A stretch of 64,000 nucleotides of DNA from Eledone cirrhosa (lineage: Eukaryota): positions 335,978,001 through 336,042,000 of the forward strand of contig OZ024743.1 of NCBI GenBank assembly GCA_964016885.1. Reading direction: 5' to 3'. Position 1 is the stretch's first letter, and every line of letters starts with the position of its first letter. Shown in pieces: positions 52,672 to 64,000 of the stretch. The translations under genes were made by a program, and so were the position numbers. The notes under the pieces were generated by a model. The model saw only the letters and a list, made by a program, of their open reading frames with translations. It was not told where the DNA came from and did not search any database.

Positions 52672-54890
52672 GAGGTTCCTCCAATTTGACATTGACAGCT
52701 ACTACGCTTCAATAACCCCGGCACTGCTTAACAAAGCATTAACCCTTGCCAACACCAACTCTGACATAACCAATAACGAGATTGACATTATACTTATGGC
52801 TAGGCAGACCATCATTGAATTCAACGGCTCATTCTGGACTAGAAAGGACAGAACAGACAACTTCGACATCAGTATGGGCTCAACCGACTCTGCGCAAATC
52901 ACCGATTTAATTGGAATCTACCTATTACATAACATCAGAGCTGAAATCCAACCCTTGCAAAGTTGAATATATAGGGACGACGCCCTATTTGCAGTCTACA
53001 ATTGCACTAATCGAGGCACTGACTTGCTCAAAAAACAATTACATAGATTTTTTTAAAATAACGGTCTCTCTATCACCATCGAGCCGAACCATAAAGTAGT
53101 AAACTTCCTGGACGTTACCCTAGATCTTAACAATAACTTATATTACCCTTATCATAAACCAGGTGAAATGCTTACATATATTATCCCACACTCTAAACAC
53201 CCACCGGAAGTCATTAGAGCAGTAATCAAATCTATCTCGTATAGGATCTCCATGTTATCCGCAAATGAGGAGATATTTATAAACCAGGCGGCATATTATA
53301 ATAAGGCTCTTTCTGAATCTGGTTACTGCATACGTAAATGCCATAACACAGCACTTCACCACAACCATAATAAACTTAACACTAGAACTCGAAATAATTT
53401 AGCATATAGCCAGATTCGCCAGAATTTTAGCAGTAACAGCACCTATACAGGGAAGCTTAATGGTGACAGAGGCCTACTTCCCACTCCAAGTAGCAGACTC
53501 AAAATCAACCCTAGAATAGGAATGAGCAATGGGATGACAAATAACAAATGCCCAGGTAATAATAACCCTATGAAGGCCCCTGCCAACTCTACTAGAACCC
53601 CTAGAAGGAATAGGCCTAGAAATATCACTTGGATTAAGCCCCATTCTCATCTAACTTAGCCACTAATAACCCTAAACGCTTCTTCTCTATCCTATCTAAA
53701 CATCCCCTCCCCCAACCATAGATATTACAAACTCTTTAATAAAAACAACATTGAAATCTCATTCTCCACAACACCTAACCTAGCTAGCCACATCGCATTC
53801 AGTAACCATCATAAGCTAATATAGTATAACTCCCACACCGCGGTACCCCCCCCTCAAATACACCACGCCACTACACCAATATTTACTCTAGTAGCATACC
53901 TCCCCCATCTAATCCTTCTAGCACGCACCAACCGCATAGTTTAAACAACCCTACTCTCACTAACCGCAGAAGTAACTGCAACTGGCGTTACCCTAATGCA
54001 TACCCACTAAATGGACAATGCCTGACACCCAATATAGTTTATAGGCGCACAGTTAAAACAGCATCACATACCAGCTCCTATATTGGCTCTACCTCTAACC
54101 CTTTTAAGGTACGCTATAACGCACACTTTTTTTCCTTCCGAGACCCTAACAATAGATGTTCGACATCTCTAGCTAGGCTCATTAAAAACCTTAAATTAAC
54201 CAACATTGAACACTCACTAACATGGGATATCTTGGCTAGAGCCCAACCGTTCAATGGACGCAGAAACTCTTGTGATCTCTGTCTTAACGAAGCATATTAC
54301 ATAACTTTATCACTACCTCTACCGATTAATGATAGAACGGAGTTAACTATTAAATGTCAACATCGAAGGGCTAATTCCTTCGCCAACAGAATATTTGACC
54401 CAACATAGTCATCTATTCTCATTTTTGCTTATAGCTAATAAGTTAAATAGTTATAGCTAACTTAGATAATTATAAGTTACCTCCCTTACATTGTCTCTCA
54501 CTTAAACTCATTAGCACTTCTTCACTATAAACTACCCACAATTTCTAATTTTTCGAGGAGTTACTTCCCCTGAAACCACCCTCTAATTAGTAAGATAAAT
54601 ATGTCCTTTGGCGGCCATCTTGTTACCCATGTGCAGCCTCGACAGAAGAATATTACTCGCCTATGGCAGACAATAGATATACCAAGGACACCATAGTGAA
54701 ATACCAATATATGGAACATTACATTCATGTAACCTTCTTTTTTTACCTTAATTTATATTCCTTTTGAAGTTCCGATAAACTGCTCCAATTTTATCTAAAC
54801 TAATTACCTTCAACTGAACCAGATCAATAATGATCTATCATCATTTGATCCAGAAACATTATATGGAGTAGCGAAACAATTGTAAACGAA
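52668..54890 (+). mobile_element. decayed 5'-truncated Naiad-type Penelope-like element
   Basis: FLQFDIDSYYASI, SMGSTDSAQITDLIG, IYRDD, VNFLDVTL, IVY..YIGST..FKVRY, CDLCLNE; homologous to 57197-59425; ORF remnant ends at 54408. Confidence 0.85.
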
Positions 54891-54892
54891 CA

Positions 54893-54978
54893 TTATACGG
54901 GGTCGATAAAATAAAGTACCAGTAATGCACTGGGTTTTTGCTGGCCTTGTGCGTAAAGTAGAAACAATTATTATTATT
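54893..54978 (+). mobile_element. family-1 SINE 3' fragment
   Basis: TACGGGGTCGATAAAATAAAGTACCAG..GTAGAAACAATTATT. Confidence 0.75.
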
Positions 54979-55069
54979 ATGCTTTACATTCCTTACATCT
55001 AAAACTATGTTGACAATCTTTTAATAATGTCATCCTTGTGAAATTTGTGGTCTTGTTTTGCTTAACTAA

Positions 55070-55141
<72 letters not shown>

Positions 55142-55148
55142 AGCATAC

Positions 55149-55219
<71 letters not shown>

Positions 55220-55223
<4 letters not shown>

Positions 55224-55466
55224 AAACGCCAGCACCAACATTTTTGCAAGAGATTTCAAAATAAATGGACCTGTTATTTTTATCTAAAGACATTTTTTCC
55301 AATTCCATTCGGCCCGTCCCCTCAATCTATTTTATTTCTCATTCTTTCTTCTGATGAAGGACTAGCGTCCGATACGTTAAATCCCTTTTCCTGCTATATC
55401 AAGCGGTAACCTAATATATACCTTCCATATACTGTACCGATTGTGTTGTTATTTCTGTTTACCTTT

Positions 55467-55470
<4 letters not shown>
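55220..55470 (+). mobile_element. solo PLE pseudo-LTR fragment with degenerate hammerhead core
   Basis: CTGATGA-A-GGAC-TAGC-GTCC-GATA-CGTT at 55351-55380; (TA)n on both sides. Confidence 0.5.
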
Positions 55471-55524
<54 letters not shown>

Positions 55525-56606
55525 AAGTTTTATTTAAATTGTTGGGTTAACAACGAGTAAATATTTATAACTGATATAAAAGCACTCAACAAGTATTTGG
55601 AGTATATTTACGATATTAAATAAATGGAAACTATATTTATAAAACCATATTTATTTCATTATATATATTTCAGGGATAACATATTAAAAATATGTTATGC
55701 CTTCTTCAGACAAAATACAATATAAACAGTCTTATAAATAGATAGATTCGACATACCTTTCAACTTCGACTTCTATTTGAAAAGTTGATTTGGTAGTGAA
55801 AAAATATTAGGGACAGTTATAAAAAGAAAGAAAGGTTGATCTCTGTGGTTGATTTGCGGGGCATACTATGTTTTATTTTTATTTTAATATTTTTAATATT
55901 TTTAATATTTTTATTTTTAATATTTTTATGATTTTTTGTTTTTTATTTACTTTTTATTTACTTTTTGTTTCTGATATTTTTATTGATATTTTTATTGATA
56001 TATTGATATCTGTTCTCTATTTATACTTGAACGATAATCATGTAGAGTAAAGACATGAATAGTATTGTTAAAATTAATGTAGACTCTATATATATTTGTG
56101 TGTATGTACACATATATGTATACTTAAATTTTTATAGCACAATGAGAATGTTTTCGTGTGAAATAGGAATTTGCAGAGATGATCACGTAAATTCACATGG
56201 ATGTGTATAGTATAAAATCTGGGATAACCTTCTATTTAACTCAACTCTAATATAAACCTAGAAATTTTAGACTAGACATATGATCATTATTTTTCACACA
56301 TTATTGATACGTGTCTCATTCATGAATACTGATATTTACATTATAATGCCTGGTTTATACGAATTGATATTTTTTTACATTGATGAAACATAGTGCTTTA
56401 AATCTGCCTCGTTTTTGTCTGGATATTTTTCTTTTCTCTCTATGTAACGGCTGTTTTCTCTCTTAACCACATATATCTCTCTCTACATTAATACTAGAGG
56501 TAAATAAATAAATAAATAAATAAATATATCATTGATACATCATTCAACTGGTGCCCAACTACCTAGTTTCTTTCTCTCTATCTCTATCTATATCTATCTC
56601 TCTATA

Positions 56607-56681
<75 letters not shown>

Positions 56682-56951
56682 CTTCTCTCTCTCTCTATCT
56701 ATCTCCCTCTGTGTTTTTTCCTCTCTCTATATATCTCTCTCTGTTTCTTTGCATGAATTTCTTCTCTCTATCTATCTCTCTATATTTATCTCTCTCTATT
56801 TAGTTGCATGCATTTCTTCTTTTTCTTCGTTTTTCTTTCTTTCTTTTTATAACTGTCCCTAATATGTTTTCACTACCAAATCAACTTTTCAAATAGAAGT
56901 CGAAGTTGAAGGGTATGTCGAATCTATCTATTTATAAGATTGTTTATATTG

Positions 56952-57017
56952 TATTTTGTCTGAAGAAGGCATAACATATTTTTAATATGTTATCCCTGAA
57001 ATATATATAATGAAATA
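56952..57017 (+). ncRNA. pLTR type I hammerhead ribozyme (copies at 60803-60868 + and 55652-55717 -)
   Basis: TATTTTGT-CTGAAGA-AGGC-ATAACATATT-TTT-AATATGTTAT-CCCT-GAAA-TATATATA-ATGAAATA. Confidence 0.8.
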
Positions 57018-57196
57018 AATATGGTTTTATAAATATAGTTTCCATTTATTTAATATCGTAAATATACTCCAAATACTTGTTGAGTGCTTTTATATCAGTT
57101 ATAAATATTTACTCGTTGTTAACCCAACAATTTAAATAAAACTTTGCATATATCTTCCTCCAATACTGTTGAGCGCTTTATATTATAACTGAAAAA

Positions 57197-59425
57197 ATGG
57201 AATTCTTTAAGATTTCTTCCTCTTTAAAAGACATACCTCTACCTAGAAACAAAGACTTTATTAAACAATTAATAGATAAATCTGACTCTTTTATAAGGAG
57301 AATCAGGTGGCGGGCATTCCACTTTGATAAATCTAAATCTAATATAAATGAAAATGTCTCGGACTTAGACAAAGTTTTCAAATCTAAAAGAAATCCACCC
57401 CCCAACAAACTTTTATTTGACTTTGAAAACGATATAATTTCTATCATACAAGGAATCAAATTCAAGAGAAACTTCAAAGGCCAGGAATATCTGAAAGGCA
57501 TTAAGGATAATATTGAGAGCTTAGAGAAAACTGAGAAGATCTTGGTGAAATCCGATAAGACCAACAACCTCTATGGAGTGCAAAAACACATGTATAATGG
57601 CCTAATACTGAAAGAACTGAGGAAAAAGTACAAGGTAGCAGATAAGGCCAAGCTTGAGAAAATGAATGTTGAGGCATCTTGTATAATGCATGAGTTGGAA
57701 ATTGAGAACAGAACACAACCTTTCGTGCCCAGGAAACCGAAGATCAATATGAAAGATCACAAAAGTAATTTTGAAAATGACCTGCCAGTCAGATTGATTG
57801 CACCATCAAAATCGGACCTGGGTAAACTAAGCAAAAACATTCTAGACAGGGTGATACAGCAAATTAAAAACTTGAATTGTGTACCTAACTTGAGCTTGTG
57901 GAAGGGAACTGGAGAGGTTGTTGAGTGGTTTAAAGAAATTAAATATAACAATAATAATAAGTTTATTCAACTAGATATTGCTAACTATTATTCATCTATT
58001 ACCCCTAATCTACTAAATAAGGCACTAAATTACGCATTCAAACATACAGACCTAACTAGCAATGAAATGCACATTATATTATCGGCTAGGAAAACACTGA
58101 TAGAATTTAATGACCAACTATGGACCAGAGCAGATAGAGATAACAATTTCGACATTACTATGGGATCATCCGACTCAGCTCAGGTAACTGACCTTGTGGG
58201 CCTATTTTTAATCAACTCGCTGCATAGGAAAATACCCGGTGCTACCGGAGGTTTATATAGAGATGACATGCTTTTACTTATTGAAAATAATAACTCTGAA
58301 CTAAATAGAAAAAGAAAACAAATTACACAATTTTTTAATTACTTTAATCTAAAAATAGAAATTGAGGATAACCATAGAATAGTCAATTTCCTAGATGTAA
58401 CATTAAATCTCAACACATGTCATCACTATCCATTTCACAAGTTGAATGAAAACTTAAACTATGTCAGCTTTAACTCTAACCACCCCAGATCTGTTAAAAA
58501 TACTATAGTAAACTCTGTTCAAAATCGTATCTCTAGAATCTCATCTAATAAAAAGATTTTCGACGAAAAAGCCCAGTATTACAATGAAGCGTTAGCTAGA
58601 GCAGGATATAGTGATAAAATTATGTACATAGATAATAATAGACAAACTAACCAAAATAACAACAATTTTAATTACGGCAACAACTTTAACAACTATAATA
58701 GAAAGCATTACAATAATTCCAAAAGCCAAAAAAGAAATAGAACTAGGAATATAATATGGTTTGCCCCCCTTTTCTCACTAAACATTAAAACCCACATCGC
58801 TAAACTATTTTTTAATGCTCTTGATAATCGCTTCCCTAGAACACATAGGTATCACTCAATTCTCAATAGATATACTATAAAATTAACCTACTCATCCACC
58901 AAAAATTTAGCACAAAATATTAATAGAGTAAATAATAGGAATTTAAAACCTAGCCAAAATATCGATAATAGCATAAATAATATCCAAGTTAACAAATGTA
59001 ACTGTAGAGATAGATCTAAATGTCCGTTAAATAACAATTGCTTAGTTAAAAATATAATATACAACTGTAATGTTAAAACGGACTTAAATTCTTTTAACTA
59101 TGTTGGTTCCACCTCGACAGAATTTAAACTTCGCTATAATAACCACAAGAATTCTTTCACGGATCCAAGCAAAAAATCCTCAACATCACTATCAGGCCTA
59201 CTCTGGCAACTTAGGCATGATAACGTTGGATATTCAACGACTTGGAATATAGTCTCAAGAGGGATTCCTTTTAATTCATCCTCTGAGACATGTGACCTCT
59301 GCGCGGAGGAGATATTCTTTATACTAAAATCTAAAAATTCCCTTAATTTACGGACAAATTTATTCAGTTGCTGCAGACATAGATTGAACTCAACTTTTAA
59401 ATATAAATATAAATTTAAAATGTAG
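57197..59425 (+). CDS. Penelope-like reverse transcriptase + GIY-YIG endonuclease, 742 aa, intact
   Basis: FIQLDIANYYSSI, TMGSSDSAQVTDLVG, GLYRDD, VNFLDVTL; CNCR....CPL...C linker; IIY..YVG..RYNNH..CDLC.EE..CRH (Naiad-type signature). Confidence 0.93.
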   Translation: MEFFKISSSLKDIPLPRNKDFIKQLIDKSDSFIRRIRWRAFHFDKSKSNINENVSDLDKVFKSKRNPPPNKLLFDFENDIISIIQGIKFKRNFKGQEYLKGIKDNIESLEKTEKILVKSDKTNNLYGVQKHMYNGLILKELRKKYKVADKAKLEKMNVEASCIMHELEIENRTQPFVPRKPKINMKDHKSNFENDLPVRLIAPSKSDLGKLSKNILDRVIQQIKNLNCVPNLSLWKGTGEVVEWFKEIKYNNNNKFIQLDIANYYSSITPNLLNKALNYAFKHTDLTSNEMHIILSARKTLIEFNDQLWTRADRDNNFDITMGSSDSAQVTDLVGLFLINSLHRKIPGATGGLYRDDMLLLIENNNSELNRKRKQITQFFNYFNLKIEIEDNHRIVNFLDVTLNLNTCHHYPFHKLNENLNYVSFNSNHPRSVKNTIVNSVQNRISRISSNKKIFDEKAQYYNEALARAGYSDKIMYIDNNRQTNQNNNNFNYGNNFNNYNRKHYNNSKSQKRNRTRNIIWFAPLFSLNIKTHIAKLFFNALDNRFPRTHRYHSILNRYTIKLTYSSTKNLAQNINRVNNRNLKPSQNIDNSINNIQVNKCNCRDRSKCPLNNNCLVKNIIYNCNVKTDLNSFNYVGSTSTEFKLRYNNHKNSFTDPSKKSSTSLSGLLWQLRHDNVGYSTTWNIVSRGIPFNSSSETCDLCAEEIFFILKSKNSLNLRTNLFSCCRHRLNSTFKYKYKFKM

Positions 59426-59732
59426 TATATTTAATTTGATTTATAATTATTTATCAAACTCGCTGATAAATCTTTCGATTCCTTTTTATTTTAAACATAC
59501 TTCATGAATAATTAAACTACCCTAAAAGCTGATGCTCCAAATATATCGAATAAATTTTACACTAGATAAACTTCTATATTAAATATAAGACCATCTGTAG
59601 ATCAAATGGGTATCCTAAACTTTTGGAATGTTTTCTGCTAGACAGGATTTGGTAAATAATTTTTGGTTTTGTTTGCTTTTGATTCTGACGCTTATAACGA
59701 ACTTGGCAATATATTGTCAATTAACTTCGAAG

Positions 59733-60908
59733 GGTTGATCTCTGTGGTTGATTTGCGGGGCATACTATGTTTTATTTTAATTTTAATATTTTTAATATTT
59801 TTAATATTTTTATTTTTAATATTTTTTTGATTTTTTGTTTTTTATTTACTTTTTATTTACTTTTTGTTTCTGATATTTTTATTGATATTTTTATTGATAT
59901 ATTGATATCTGTTCTCTATTTATACTTGAACGATAATCATGTAGAGTAAAGACATGAATAGTATTGTTAAAATTAATGTAGACTCTATATATATTTGTGT
60001 GTATGTACACATATATGTATACTTAAATTTTTATAGCACAATGAGAATGTTTTCGTGTGAAATAGGAATTTGCAGAGATGATCACGTAAATTCACATGGA
60101 TGTGTATAGTATAAAATCTGGGATAACCTTCTATTTAACTCAACTCTAATATAAACCTAGAAATTTTAGACTAGACATATGATCATTATTTTTCACACAT
60201 TATTGATACGTGTCTCATTCATGAATACTAATATTTACATTATAATGCCTGGTTTATACGAATTGATATTTTTTTACATTGATGAAACATAGTGCTTTAA
60301 ATCTGCCTCGTTTTTGTCTGGATATTTTTCTTTTCTCTCTATGTAACGGCTGTTTTCTCTCTTAACCACATATATCTCTCTCTACATTAATACTAGAGCT
60401 AAATAAATAAATAAATAAATAAATATATCATTGATACATCATTCAACTGGTGCCCAACTACCTAGTTTCTTTCTCTCTATCTCTATCTATATCTATCTCT
60501 CTATATTTTCTCTCTCTCTCTCTCTCTCCTCTCTTCTCTCTCTCTCTATCTATCTCCCTCTGTGTTTTTTCCTCTCTCTATATATCTCTCTCTGTTTCTT
60601 TGCATGAATTTCTTCTCTCTATCTATCTCTCTATATTTATCTCTCTCTATTTAGTTGCATGCATTTCTTCTTTTTCTTCGTTTTTCTTTCTTTCTTTTTA
60701 TAACTGTCCCTAATATTTTGTCACTACCAAATCAACTTTTCAAATAGAAGTCGAAGTTGAAAGGTATGTCGAATCTATCTATTTATAAGACTGTTTATAT
60801 TGTATTTTGTCTGAAGAAGGCATAACATATTTTTAATATGTTATCCCTGAAATATATATAATGAAATAAATATGGTTTTATAAATATAGTTTCCATTTAT
60901 TTAATATC

Positions 60909-60910
<2 letters not shown>
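59733..60910 (+). repeat. 3' pseudo-LTR, direct repeat of 55833-57059
   Basis: Near-identical apart from (CT)n length and a few substitutions. Confidence 0.95.
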
Positions 60911-61007
<97 letters not shown>

Positions 61008-61065
61008 TATATACATACATGTATATATAATACACACATATATATATAAATTCGTGCATTTTATA

Positions 61066-61286
61066 TCGAATAGTAACAAAGTTCTAATCGCATGAAAGCA
61101 AACAGACTCATTACGCTATATTTTGGATGACCATCACCCTTCTTCTAGTGGTGACAGAGAGAAACAATATGGCCGATTGATTCGCTCTATCACCACTAGA
61201 ACAAAAAGATGGCGATTGTGATCTAAAAAATATAGCGTAATGAGACTGTTTGCTTTCAAACGATTCGAACTTTGTTATTATTCGAT
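61066..61286. mobile_element. fold-back/MITE-like element
   Basis: Imperfect ~100-bp arms starting TCGAATAGTAACAAAGTTC and ending GAACTTTGTTATTATTCGA. Confidence 0.6.
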
Positions 61287-61295
61287 TAATCGATT

Positions 61296-61590
61296 GTGGA
61301 TTGGCAGAATCGGTAGACCGTCTAACGCCATGCTTTGCAGCAAAGAGTTACGGCCTTTTATGGTCTGAGTTCAAATCCCGTCGAGGTTAACTTTGCCTTT
61401 TATCCTTACGGGTTCAATAAAAATAACGTACTAGTAATGTGCTCGATAATTGCTGGCCTTGTGCCAAAAGTAGAAACAATTATTATTACTGAGTTCAAAT
61501 CCTGCAATGGCCAACTTTGCCTTTCATTCTTACGGGGTCGATAAAATGAAGTACCAGTAATGCACTGGCGTAATTTGTGGCCTTGTGCCT
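61296..61590 (+). mobile_element. family-1 SINE followed by a 5'-truncated second copy
   Basis: Head + core at 61296-61488; the second copy starts at its B-box at 61489. Confidence 0.8.
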
Positions 61591-61591
61591 A

Positions 61592-61852
61592 CACAGACAA
61601 GTTATATATATTGTGCATGTGTAGAATATCCTTTTCATAATAGTATATATGACATGTACTTGGAAAGGATGCATACATGGAATATATCGGGAATGTATAG
61701 AATGTGTTTCATAACATTTCATATATATTGTAATGAAACTCATTCTATGCATTCCCAATATATTCCATGTATGCATCCATTCTATGTACATGTCATATAT
61801 ATTATTATGAAAAGATATTCTACACATTCACAATATATATAACTTGTTTGTG
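61592..61852. mobile_element. palindromic MITE with TA flanks (Tc1/mariner-like)
   Basis: TA-CACAGACAAGTTATATA...TATATAACTTGTTTGTG-TA; the arms pair over almost the whole length. Confidence 0.7.
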
Positions 61853-63371
61853 TATGCACACACGGTCCCTTACGTCCACCAGTCATGAAACCTGTCTTAT
61901 GTGCATTCTTGATGTGCAGGCTCTTACCAAGTCCCTTGGATCGTCAGTCCTTCTGTATCTTATATAACCCTATGCATCACAGTCCTCAAGTATTTTATGC
62001 AACTTTATGCACATCCCGATAATGTCCGGGTGGCGTGAACAGATACCCCCTCTGCATCTTTGTCATGTATAGATTCCTTTTTCCAGTATTTTATTTTATG
62101 TACGTACACGTATTTATATATGTGCCCCACATGTTATCTGCGATTAGTGCATGGCTACTACGTAGCTATTGCATTTATGCATATTGTGCATGCACTTTCA
62201 GTCATATAACGCCACATGAATGGGTTGGGTCCAAGCCTCAAGAATGTTGTCTCATATAATATTTTATGCGCCATGTGCACAGTTGTGTGTGTGTGTGGAT
62301 GTGTAGGTATTCATCAAGTATGTGCTTTTTTGAGATGTATAAGCATGCCCTTGCGCGGGTACATGTATATATGTGTGTGCACGCACATATGCATACATGC
62401 ATGTGCATGCATGTCTGGGTGGATGTATTTGTATGAACATGTCTGTGTCAGTGTATGCATGTGTATGTGTAGATCTTCCATTTTTCATCTGTATATATGT
62501 GCAGCGTCTTAACTATATATGCTTCCCTGAGTACCGTGTGTGTGAGTGTAGATATGTGTATATTTATCAAAAATACCTTTGAAATAACGTTTTTGAAAAG
62601 CTATTTCAAGTATTCTTTTAAAAACGTTCTTTTTATAGTTTTTTTTAAAGTGTGTTTTGTAAGGTATTTTGAAGGTGTGTTTTTCTGAAACGTTCTTTTA
62701 AAAGTTTTTCCATTTTTATTTTTGTAAGTACTCGCTGTACATTCAATATTTACTGTGATTGTCGCATATAATACAGTTGCGGGTGAGGTATGTGATCACT
62801 GTAGGTGTATAAGTGCCCATATGTATCACGCTTGCGCGAAACATGGACATGGGTAAGGGCGCCTACAGGTTGAGAGGGCTGCGACAGGGCGCGAGCGGTT
62901 CAATCATACAACCCCTACCTCCTACAGTAGTAATTCCGATTTAAGAAACAACTTTGATTGGCAGGTGGCAAATGAAAGGAACAAAATATAGGACGGCCAT
63001 GAGTAGCCAAAGATACCGATGACGTGTACAATTCTTGACCACTCATCGAATGACAACAGGATCTAAGCTACCCAGTGAAGGCCGCGGGTTTAACTTGACA
63101 TTTGGAAATTCTGCTTCGTAGAATCGAGAGGTATCTGAGGACATTGCGATTTCAGAGTCAGGTTCGACCATTACATCGATCGTGCCTCGAGCTGGTGACC
63201 AGAGAAACAATCGTAATATGCCTAATAAATGTTATTCGTCGCAACACTGATTCTCCGTTTCTTATGTGATATCATACTCTGCTCTGTAAGAGCGTTGAGT
63301 GCTGAAACGGTCTATCGCATACTGACGCTTTAAGCATCCCATACCAATTATATATATATATATATATATAT

Positions 63372-63439
<68 letters not shown>

Positions 63440-63557
63440 TTAGAGATACATAGATATAGTCATGTATATATGCATATATATATAAAGACACACACATATA
63501 TATATATAACATATATGCGCATATATATACATAAGTATATATATATATATATAAATA

Positions 63558-64000
63558 ATAACAGCCAGATAACAACAACAGCCAGATAACGACAATTTCA
63601 CCACCACCACCACCAATCGCAGCATAATAATAATAATTACTATTATTATTGTCTCAAGTTTTAACAAACTGTTTAATAACAAAATGTTTAATTCCAATAT
63701 CAAGGAAATATGTCAACACATATACGCGTCTAACCCCATAGATTCTCCGATCAAACAAAAATACAGTCTATTTAATAAAACTCAGTAACGACAACGCCAT
63801 CACTACAGTCACCGCCGCCGCCGCCCATCCATCATTACTACCACTATCCCATCACCGCCGCCACCACTCCTTCATTGCTACCACCGATATCCCCCCATTA
63901 CCTTCTGTTAACTTACGAAAGGGGAACATGGCGGTATCACTAGACAATATTAATAAACAATATTAATATTTAATTTTGGATCAGGAATGTTAGAGTCGAA
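63558..64000 (+). mobile_element. element fragment sharing blocks with the family C 5' leader
   Basis: CAACAGCCAGATAACG.CAATTTCACCACC, ACAAC.CCATCACTACAGT and CCATCATTAC.ACCACTATCCCATCACCGCCGCCACCACTCCTTCA match the reverse complement of 28420-28552. Confidence 0.6.

Larger units (their letters stand above)
55520..60910 (+). mobile_element. complete Naiad-type Penelope-like element in (TA)n
   Basis: Inverted piece 55520-55833 + 5' pLTR 55833-57059 + ORF + 3' pLTR 59733-60910; (TA)n at both ends. Confidence 0.92.

Noticed and set aside
52964-52966. In-frame TGA in the decayed Naiad as selenocysteine
   Set aside because: Some Naiads encode selenoproteins, but this TGA replaces the Gly before IYRDD rather than a Cys, the copy has other lesions, and the intact copy has no in-frame TGA.
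55833-60910. LTR retrotransposon, suggested by the long direct repeats
   Set aside because: There are no TG..CA ends, PBS, gag or integrase; the RT plus GIY-YIG and the hammerhead identify PLE pseudo-LTRs.

Overview
Eukaryotic, AT-rich, microsatellite-dense DNA. The tRNA-SINE families resemble those of molluscs/cephalopods (inference only), and there is no confidently identifiable host gene. Positions 1.35-35.2 kb are almost entirely ten non-LTR retroelement insertions stacked into two microsatellites separated by about 140 bp of unique DNA. The (TACA)n tract holds two copies of an R4/Dong-clade RLE element plus a bipartite non-autonomous RTE element. The (ATT)n tract holds four Tx1-like (L1 superfamily, APE) copies on + and three copies of a second R4/Dong family on -. 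Both Tx1-like families carry a consensus splice donor at the end of ORF1 and a candidate acceptor in the 3' UTR, which would define an intron removing all of ORF2. Positions 35.4-64 kb contain (TA)n-associated Penelope-like elements: one intact 742-aa Naiad-type RT + GIY-YIG element with hammerhead-bearing pseudo-LTRs, one decayed relative, and several ORF-less hammerhead/fold-back derivatives. SINEs, decayed RTE LINEs, a non-autonomous Helitron, MITEs and a few weak host-exon candidates fill the rest. All alignments and RNA folds were done by eye, and novelty could not be checked against databases.
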